DNA of 33,334 bases from the NCBI GenBank assembly GCA_002269645.1, contig NIVC01004851.1, positions 1 through 33,334 on the forward strand, in the 5' to 3' direction. This stretch comes from Macrostomum lignano (lineage: Eukaryota). The position numbers and the translations under genes are program-made. Positions 23,401 through 32,111 of the stretch are shown in pieces. The notes beneath the pieces are model-generated. The model was not told the origin of the DNA. It worked only from the letters and a program-made list of their open reading frames with translations, and did not search any database. How positions within the stretch are numbered: position 1 is the stretch's first letter; every line of letters starts with the position of its first letter.

Positions 23401-24300
23401 ACACCCCACGGAGAGAGCCGTACAACGAGCTTCCCCACCCGAGTCCGGTAAATATTACAGAGTATTACGTGCACACACCAGCCCTGAATACCAAGCCATA
23501 CTAGTCTATCTGCAGTGCTCCCAGAGGGAAGGGATGGTCAGGAGTTACACACCAAGAATGCATTCATACAAAGAGTACACAACTCGAGCCCAGACACCAA
23601 GTCACAGTCTACTTACAGTAGAGATGGTAGATTAATAGCAAGATTATATTACAATTAGACCTCTCTAGCACATGAGGAGTGAAATTCAATAATAATTGAA
23701 TTCAATAATAATACAACATTTAGACGTAGTAATTTAACTACAAAATACCACTAACACTGAGCCAACGAATTGTAGGTTACAAAGGAGTTGCCACTCATAT
23801 GGAAAGCCAGTATAATGCAGGTGTGTATTATTAAAACATAGACAAAAACGATGCAGACGTATATACACACTATTGATTTTGTACATGTACATTTCGGCAT
23901 ATTACCACACATCGCGGGCACATATTATATATCGGGGGATAGGTTAAAATACACACATCGTAGATGTAGAAGCAGACACAATGCAGGAAAATTATGATAC
24001 GAGTGTACATATTAGTGCGTAAAAGTATCATATTATGACACCCTGTAGCACATATTGACATAATGCAGGGGAAAATATTGACAGAAATAGTACACAATTG
24101 TAGAGGTAACAACCAGCCAACTAGTAAGGGCATCCAGCACTTGTTCAGGTTTTTTTTATTTCGAGACGAGTGTCATGCCCCCGCAAGAGATCTTATCAGA
24201 AATTTGTTGAACTCCACTGCAACTCTCCCCAGAGCCTCCAAATGGGAGTTTTAACACTTGAGGGGATCCCGCTCAATGTACAGTGCGGACGGAGAGGGGT
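20430..24300. repeat. GC-rich non-coding block of nested direct repeats and palindromes upstream of the polymerase
   Basis: 16-bp unit x3 at 20600-20647. 67-bp repeat at 20847-20913 and 20965-21031, with a partial third copy at about 23198-23230. About 27-bp units at 21547-21609. 31-bp units at 23000-23087. About 90-bp diverged pair at 22890-22980 and 23448-23534. Many GGACAGAG and TGTACA motifs. Confidence 0.85.
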
Positions 24301-24619
24301 AACAGAAAGCGCTGCATCAGACCGCGGAGCTGCATTCCTCCCCCGAGGTAGGCGCGTCAGCTCCCACTCCTCATTTAACCATCAAGTAAACTAAAGAAGT
24401 CAAGCAGAAAGCCTTACAATCACCCGCAACCAGCACAAGTAAGAGTACTTTCCACTAGAGAGCCATAGTGCAAGATTCGCGAGCCAAGTTGAAGAAGCAC
24501 ACCAAATTACACTAAAGACATATGTATTAAAAAGCATACCGGCACCTCTACAAAAACACAGTATGTACCGATTAAAGTTGCTTTTGGTGCAGTGTATTTA
24601 ATAAAAAGCAGGTACCTAA

Positions 24620-27593
24620 CACAAAAGTAGGCATCAATCCGGCAGATCGCGCTGTGATTCGGTCCACGTTTGCGGCACGTGTGGCTATCTAGAAGAACTA
24701 AAAGTAGGCCAGCCCCCTGAGCATCAGTGTGGTTATGCCAAGTGCCCAGTCTGCAAGCAGTACGACGAAACTGCCACCCACGAGTGCTTTGTCACCCCGC
24801 CCAAAGCCAAAGAGTCTAGCGCCCCGTATGTTTACTATGATTTCGAGACGTACGTGGACTCTGGCAAGCAGCACCGGGTACACTTGGTTACGGCTGCCAC
24901 CTCCTGCGAGGCGTGTCCCAAACTCTTCCCCAGGCCCCGCTGCAGCGCGTGCGGGGGACTACACAGCTCAGCCAATTGCATTGCGGGACGCGATTTGGCA
25001 CTCGATTTCACGAGCTGTGTCTCGCACAATGACTGTGCCTGTGGGATGCGAGAGTTTGTATCTGTCGGGCCGCACTCTATCGATGCCTTTTACTGCTGGC
25101 TGACTAGTGTGTTCAAGCAGGGGGCAATTGCTATTGCGCACAATGGCTCTGCGTATGACGCATTCCTCCTGCTCGGCGCCCTACTCAACGGACTGGCCAA
25201 GAAGAAGCCGCAAGTGATCTTCCAGAACAGCCGCCTAATGTATATGAAGTGCGACAAGATCACCTTCAAGGACAGCCTCAATTTCATCCCTATTGGTCTG
25301 GCGCAATTCCCAAAGGCGCTTGGTTTGGGCACCCAACTGACCAAAGGAGATTTCCCGCACGTCTTCAATCAGCCTCAAAATTGGGGGTACGTCGGTCCCT
25401 ACTGCTCAATTGATATGTACGGCGGGAAGAAGAATAAGCAGCATGACTCCATCGCCGACTGGCTGGCCAAGCAGGAGGGACAGGTGTTTAATTTCAATAA
25501 GGCGTACCTGGACTATTGCCTGCAGGACACGTTAATTTTGCGGGAAGGCTGCCTGAAATATGCCCGCCTGATTAAGGACATTTGCGGACTGGACGCATTT
25601 GTTCAATCCAACACCATTGCGGGCTTGGCCATGTCGGTATTCACCACCAAGTTTATGGAGCCCAACACTCTTGGGGTGATTTCCCGCCGGTCCGATGTAC
25701 AGTCGCACAAGGCGCGGTGCTGGCTGGCACATTTAAATGCAACCGAGTTTGGCGGCCGGTTGCGGACAGCCGATTCTGGCGGCGAGGCTTTCGCCATGGG
25801 CCGTAAGGTCGACGGCTTCGACCCAGAGACCAGGACAGTGCTGCAGTTTCATGGCTGTTTCTACCATGGCTGTCCAAGTGCTTCCCCAACGGCGACGTGC
25901 TGCACCCGCTCAAGAACCAGCCAATGCGAGCAATTTATGAGGAGACTGAGCGCTTCACCCGGCTGCTCTCCACTGCATACAATGTGCGTGTTCTGTGGGA
26001 GCACGACTATCAGGACGAGGGAGCGCCAGTCCAGCAGCCTATTCGCCTGGAGGATGCCCTGTTTGGCGGCCGTACCGAGGCTTTTGTCCCGCACGCCGAG
26101 GCCACCGAGACTGTAGAGCTGCGCTATCGGGATGTGGTAAGTTTGTACACTTGTACACACACAGTTGACATGCGTTTGAGTTTATCTTATCCTTATCCCC
26201 TAGGTGTCGCTCTACCCGACTGTCAACAAGTTTGACAAGTACCCGGTCGGGCACCCGGTACACCACCCCGAGCCTCATCTACTGGATGAGCTGCAGCTGG
26301 CCCGGTATTTTGGCATCGCCGAGGTGTCGATTCTGCCGCCAACCAATCTCCACATCCCGCTACTGCCCGCCAAGATTAACAAGAAGTTGGTTTTCGGCCT
26401 CTGCCGCGTCTGCATGGAGACCCAGTGCAGCAGCGAGTGTACACACACTGACGCTGAGAGAATGCTCCGCGGCACGTGGTCGACCCCAGAGCTCCACAAA
26501 GCCCTGCAGTTGGGTTACAAGCTGCAGTCAGTTCATGCCCTGGCCTATTGGACCGAGACTCGCACGGGCCTGTTTGCAGATTATGTAAACACTTTTTTGA
26601 AGCTCAAAGCAGAGTCTAGCGGTTCGCCGGGGATGGCTGAGGACGCCAAGGCTGCCTACATGGCCAGCTTTTTCGAACGCGAAGGCGTCCGGCTGGAAAA
26701 GGTGGAGGAGAATCCTGGCTTGCGCTTTGTTGCCAAGATTTTTCTAAACTCGTAAGTTTTTTCTACTTGCAGTGGGGACCGTGTTTTTCTACTTACAGTA
26801 GCCAGATATACAAAAATTTATTTTTCCCCTGCAGGCTCTGGGGCAAATTCTGCCAGCGCGACGACCTGACCTCCACAGAGATTGTGGACAGCTACGAGGC
26901 GTGGCTGCAGCGCCTGACCGACCCCTCGATCAAGGTCAAGTCGTGCGAGCCAATTGGGGAGAGCTTCATGATGCTCGAGTACAAGCCCCGATTTGGCGGT
27001 GCTGGCGAGCGGGCTTTCAAGTACGCTAATGTACCTATTGGCGTTTTCACCACCTCCCACGCCCGGCTGCGACTCTACGAGGCTCTGGAGGGTCTAGGAA
27101 CCCGCGTCATTTACGCCGATACTGATTCGTAAGTAATTTTTTCACTGTCTCTGTCTCTCTTTCTCCCCTTAACACTTTTTATCCTTCTCCTCCTCCCAGG
27201 GTCGTATACCGCTGCTCCCCGGGCGAGTACGAGCCTCCGGGCGGTTCGAGTTTGGGGCAGTGGACTGACGAGGTACCTGCTGGCTGCCGCATGGTACAGT
27301 TCACCACGGGAGGCCCCAAGCTCTACCGGTACGTGGTGGAGAAGCCCGACGGGTCGCTGTACTCGGTGCTCAAGTGCAAGGGCATCAGAGTCACGCCCGA
27401 GATTTCCGAGCGCGAGGACGAGCTGCAGGAAATTCTGCGTCACGGCGGGACTGTACGCCTGCCCCAGGCCCAGTTCAGGCGCGATAAGGCCAGTTGTACA
27501 ATAAGGACCCTCGAGATGGACAAGACTTTCCAGCGCGTGATGACTAAGAGGGTGTATGGGGCCGCTAGCCGCCCGTATGGCTTTCGGGAGTGA
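24620..27593 (+). CDS. polB: Protein-primed family B DNA polymerase (pPolB, DNA_pol_B_2) of Polinton/Maverick type; spliced; one 1-nt frameshift; start codon not identified
   Basis: Segments 24620-25876 (frame 2), 25876-26136 (frame 1), 26204-26751, 26835-27128 and 27200-27593 give about 917 aa. Motifs: N-terminal HQCGYAKCPVC, ExoI YDFET (24836), ExoII AHNGSAYD (25136), ExoIII YCLQD (25514), Vsr-like VDG...FHGCFYHGCPKC, FGGRTEAF, motif A DV^VSLYP, PVGHP, motif B KIFLNS^LWGKFCQR, motif C YADTDS^V, GQWTDE, GGPKLY, KCKGI, TKR, PYGF. Confidence 0.95.
26137..26203 (+). other. Spliceosomal intron (67 nt, phase 0) inside polymerase motif A
   Basis: GATGTG|GTAAGT...ttatccttatcccctAG|GTGTCGCTCTACCCG. 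Removal restores D-V-V-S-L-Y-P. Confidence 0.92.
26752..26834 (+). other. Spliceosomal intron (83 nt, phase 2) inside polymerase motif B
   Basis: CTAAACTC|GTAAGT...tttttcccctgcAG|GCTCTGGGGCAAA. Removal restores L-N-S-L-W-G-K. Confidence 0.92.
27129..27199 (+). other. Spliceosomal intron (71 nt, phase 2) inside polymerase motif C
   Basis: GATACTGATTC|GTAAGT...long polypyrimidine...cccAG|GGTCGTATAC. Removal restores Y-A-D-T-D-S-V-V-Y. Confidence 0.92.
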
Positions 27594-27762
27594 GTGAAAG
27601 ATAAGGATCTATCTTTTTTACGCCTGGGATTCCCCTATGTGCCCACTTGGGATCCCTTGACTCGTGGGGATGAAAATGGTTTTACGCCCGCACTGTACTT
27701 AGGGGTCCTTACTCATTTGGCACCTCCACTGTACATTGAGCGGGATCCTTCCTCCACCTAAC

Positions 27763-27852
27763 GGCTTCCCGCTAGCGGGACCCATCCCACGCAAAAAATA
27801 GCCCGCTAACTGTACCCAGCCCACGGTGGGATGGGCTCCCTTAGCGGAAGCC
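27763..27852. other. Long imperfect GC-rich stem-loop downstream of polB
   Basis: Arm GGCTTCCCGCTAGCGGGACCCATCCCAC (27763-27790) pairs with GTGGGATGGGCTCCCTTAGCGGAAGCC (27826-27852); 35-nt loop. Confidence 0.8.
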
Positions 27853-28911
27853 AGCCCACAAGCGGAGAGGGGTGGGTGTGGGGTGAGTGTGGACGGTAGT
27901 GCGCACTAGCGTACTAGCACTGTACTAGCAATGAAGCTAGCTGAAAACGCTGCACATCCGTGACTCATTTCTCGTATATTAATGTATGCTGGATGAAGAC
28001 GGCTCTTTGTCTTTCCCAACTCTTCCAAATTTAAAAAACTCCCAGAACGCGTTTCGTTTTAGCTGCAAGGAATTGCAATCTTTCAATACTTAACGCGTTT
28101 CATTCAACTAATAGTATCCGACTTTTCAATACCTATCATTTATTAAACTATAATTGAATCAGTTTAACCTTAAGGTTCAGAGATTTTTAATCCTAAGCTT
28201 TTTATCTTTATTTTATCCCAAAGGTAAGCAAACGTGGCCGGTTGGTCCTAAATTGCATTGTACTCATTATATTTTCTTTTATTATGTCTAGCTTAGCTTA
28301 GAATTGCATTATGCTACGAATCTATAGTCTTTTATGCTCCTAAATTTAGTGGAAATTTGGTCAAAGAAGAATAATACAGGCACAAGAAGCGAGGCACATT
28401 TTCGTTCTGAACGTTTTTATAGCAAAATAAGGTATACCAAACGAGTTATTGATAAGTGATAGACAGACCAATTTCCAATTTCCAATTTCCTAATTCACAA
28501 AGTGCTGTTTTTCTAATTTGTGGATGTCTGATAAAGGCATAAAATCAATCGCCTCTGTACTTGTATTTGTCATTTAATATATACTGCATCCGTTTGTAAA
28601 TATTATGCGAAAAAGACAGAGAAAATAAGTTTTGAATTTCAACACGAAGTTAAAACAAACTAAAAATTTAAACAAAATTCAAATTGACGCGAAAATTAAA
28701 AATCTCACATTCGTTAAATTCAAAATTAAAAAATTAATTTACTCGTACGATCAAAGGACACTGGACACTAGGTTGCTATCTACATGCGATAGCAATTCCA
28801 CTTTAACTTATGGGCTTTGCCCTTATTTTGTTCACTGCATAGATTTTTGTGTAGATCTAGTCTTATCTCTCTTAAGAGTCATGTCTATGAGAGTTATATT
28901 TTAACGTTGTA

Positions 28912-29135
28912 CACCTTTTCACGTTCAATTTTGAACAAAGTCCAGTTCTAAAAAAACTAGCGGAAATTCAATTCAGACAATTTAGACTGGGGACAATTTT
29001 GTCTATGGCTAAACCTCGCTTCCGTAGCAGAATGTTTTGAACTGGGTTTTGTTGCCCCAGTCTGAATTGTCTGAATTGAATTTCCGCTAGTTTTTTTAGA
29101 ACTGGACTTTGTTCAAAATTGAACGTGAAAAGGTG
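28912..29135. mobile_element. 224-bp foldback MITE with 81-bp TIRs and TA flanks (Tc1/mariner-type target)
   Basis: 28912-28992 is the reverse complement of 29055-29135 with one mismatch; 62-bp spacer. TA at 28910-28911 and 29136-29137. Confidence 0.85.
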
Positions 29136-29341
29136 TACTAGTAGTTAGTTTATGGTACTCGCGCATTAATTTTGTATAGTAGTTTTATGCGATGGAAAAT
29201 ATTTATTGTCTGTGTCTTTGTGGTGTTACCGTTTTTATTAACCTAAATATTGGGCTATCTGACTAGAAATTTGTTTTTCTTTTTAATTCATACACGCGAT
29301 AATTTTTCAGAAGTTTTTAACTTCAGAAATTGACGAGCAGG

Positions 29342-29369
29342 CGTGCATGCACGGGATTATTTTGACTAG
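29342..29369 (+). mobile_element. Helitron 3' terminus (5' end not located)
   Basis: Palindrome CGTGCATGCACG at 29342-29353, a 12-nt spacer, then CTAG at 29366-29369 followed by T. Confidence 0.7.
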
Positions 29370-29408
29370 TAAATAAACGAAATAAATACACATATTTATT
29401 TGGCGCTT

Positions 29409-29970
29409 GACCTAGATGGCCACATACCAAGATGGCCGCAGCCCTAAATGTATAAATAGATAATCATTTTTTGTTGGTATTAATCTGTATTAGATATACA
29501 TCATATAGATAGATCTTTCAGTCTTGAGAAATAGATGCTATAATAGAATTATTTTGAATTAAGAACATTCCTTTTGCTTTAGCTTTTATTATAGCCTGAC
29601 CTATATATATTTATCTACTAAGTAAAGCATGCAACCTAGCACAAAATACATACCTTGTTGCATTTATATCCTTTTTTGAATAGCATTACTAGTAGCAATG
29701 GTTTCTTAATAAACTAATACTAATGGTGATAGATAGATTTGACCAATGCAATGATAGGGAATAAATTGGCATAAAAACAGAAAAAGATTTTATTTTTTTA
29801 TTATAGGTAATTAGTTTCAAGTTGATTTTTGGAGTCTACCTGAGCCTACCATTAGTATTAAACATATTAGTTAATATTACAATAGCTATTGAGTTGCTAA
29901 TTGATGGTACAGAGGAAAAGAATAGAGAGATTCAATGCTGTGGCTATCTTGGTGTGTGACCATCTTGGTC
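29409..29970. mobile_element. About 560-bp AT-rich element with 34-bp imperfect inverted ends (MITE-like)
   Basis: 29409-29442 versus the reverse complement of 29937-29970 matches at 29 of 34 positions. Each arm has two CCAAGATGGCC-like units. No clear TSD. Confidence 0.55.
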
Positions 29971-32111
29971 TTACAACATTTATTTTTGTGGTTCTTGGTG
30001 CCTATTACTTTTAGTTGAAACGTCAGCTTTAGTATTAGGAGATGGTTTCAAAGACTCCTTACTTTAGCAGTAGTTTATAGCAATGGATAAGACCAAGCTA
30101 GCGACACACTAAGACAGCCACTGGCTCACAGATAAGATTTTCTAAAATATTCAATGGATAATCAACAATAAAGTGCTTTTTCAGTTATTATTACAGATGT
30201 TAGTACTACGAGTATATGTTTCATTGCTTTTCTTATGCAGGCCAATTTGACAGTTGACTACTTCAGCTTTAAAATAATAATTAGAAGTAATTGATTTATA
30301 AAGGTGTAGTTTATTATGCCAAATAGGTGAAAGTTAAATGTACAAATTACAATATTATATTTATAATTAAAACTAAAGCAAATAAAAAATTTGCCTTCTT
30401 CAAACCAACATACCTGTCATGAGTTAAAAAAAATGAGACTAGCTTGTTTTAAATAAAATTTAAAACTTAAGTTGAAGTTGCAGCTGTCCTGGTATGTAAC
30501 TGTCTTAGTCATGTACCCTACGGAACTGTCTAAATAAATTTCAAGATTTTTATATGGTCCTACACCTCTGAATAGAAAATCAAACCCATGGCAATGCCAC
30601 GATACCATACTAGAAGTAAAAAATCAGCTAAGATTTTATGCCAAGCAACACATCAATCTGTAAACTGTATCCTTTAGAGGCACCAACAGGCTCAATCAAA
30701 AGGCTTCAATAGAACATAATAGAACATTTTGTATAAAGCTGAGCTAGGCATAGGCCAGGCAATCAAACTATCTAAGATTGAAAAAAGACAATAATCATAT
30801 AATTAAATTATGTCAGCAAAATTGCCTTTCGATGGCAATTTTTCAAACTACAGATTGTCATTGCAAATGTCATTAATTTTTTAAACTTCTTAAGTACCTA
30901 TGGTAGGTGTGGATTTAGGTATCTGCCCCCACTGCTATAGTTTGTCAAACTTAATCTACTCGTACTTGTCACACAAATGGTACTTTTTTATTTTTATAGC
31001 AAAATGGCAGCTTTCTGGCGCTATGTGGCACTTTTGGTTTTGGTACCAGTTTAGACCCTGCTGCTGCCCCCCCAAGCAGAAATCCTTGATCTGCAACTGA
31101 CATATGCATTCAAAATAGTAGAAAGATTCCAATCAATTTCCAAGTTTAAAAAAGGATTACATTATATTGGCGCTTCAACAATAATTTTTTTAGATGGTTG
31201 GAAATCCTTCGCATCAGTTTCTTCGTGAAGAACATGCTGGCAGTAAGTATTTTATACATGTGATTTGATTAAGCTTTTAAGTGCTCATCCCAATGGGAAC
31301 AAATCCTCATAAGAGACAAAAGATTTTTTTGTCACAAACCTGATTGCACAGAGGCCATCTTAACAGTAGAACTACTAAGTACCAAAGGGATATTTTCCTC
31401 AACAACAAAAATTTTCCTGCATTGCTCCATTTTGGCACAGCAAAAGAAATTGTCTGGGTAGGGAAATCCCCTGAACCTATAGCTCCTTTTTGGCTGCTGG
31501 TGTGCTGAAATTGAACTCAATTGGTTGCATTGAACAGCATTCCTAAGTACTATCTTTTAATATTAATTGAACCAGTGTGCAATGCTGTTGTTTAACTTAT
31601 TACGGCCTGCCAAGCCTACTGGCTGATAATGACACTTTTCTGAAACCTCTACAACTGAGCTCTACTGTTTTAAACTCTATGTTATGATCATTAAATAAGG
31701 AAGAAATTGAAGCGCAAGATTTTTAATCCAGACACAAGTGTAACCTCGATTCGTCATTTTCAGGTTTTATTAAATATTTATTTCCAAGCAGTAATATGAT
31801 CTGCTTAGATAAAACGACAGATGCTACTTAAATCAGCGTTAGTAGTATTTAAGCAGTACTAGAATAGCTTATTTAAAAACTGTCTATCTAGTGTCTGTCT
31901 CAGTCTCCGGTAGAGGTTTCAGAAAACTGTCATAATCAGTCAGTAGGCTTGGCAGGTTGTAATCAGTCTGCCTCAGCCTCTCTTAGTGTCTCAGTGTCTG
32001 TCCTAGTGTCTGCCTCAGTGTCTGTCTCACAGTCTCAGCGGTTGTCTCAGTGTCTGTCCGTCATACTTACCATATGCATTCTTAACTATGTAGTCTTACC
32101 TTCTATTTCAG

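Larger units (their letters stand above)
24264..27748. repeat. Perfect 22-bp inverted repeat pair bracketing the polymerase gene
   Basis: GGATCCCGCTCAATGTACAGTG at 24264-24285 and its reverse complement CACTGTACATTGAGCGGGATCC at 27727-27748. Confidence 0.9.

Noticed and set aside
23870-24394. Cys-containing ORFs just upstream of polB as its missing 5' exon or a partner gene
   Set aside because: No family motif, and no splice path that I could join in phase to 24620.
24698-27443. Antisense and alternative-frame ORFs over polB
   Set aside because: These are shadows of GC-rich coding sequence with no independent motifs.
20330-27960. Complete Polinton/Maverick with long TIRs
   Set aside because: No several-hundred-bp TIRs, AG/AGT-repeat termini, 6-bp TSD or core viral genes were found by eye.
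27933-28150. Continuation of the DEG/ENaC gene after the polB block
   Set aside because: All frames contain stops, and no thumb Cys pattern or TM2 GG-x-x-GL-x-x-G-x-S motif is present here or further right.
31949-32111. N-terminal S/V-rich part of ORF 31949-32692
   Set aside because: It translates a TGTCTCAG simple repeat upstream of a good acceptor at 32111, so it is treated as intron.
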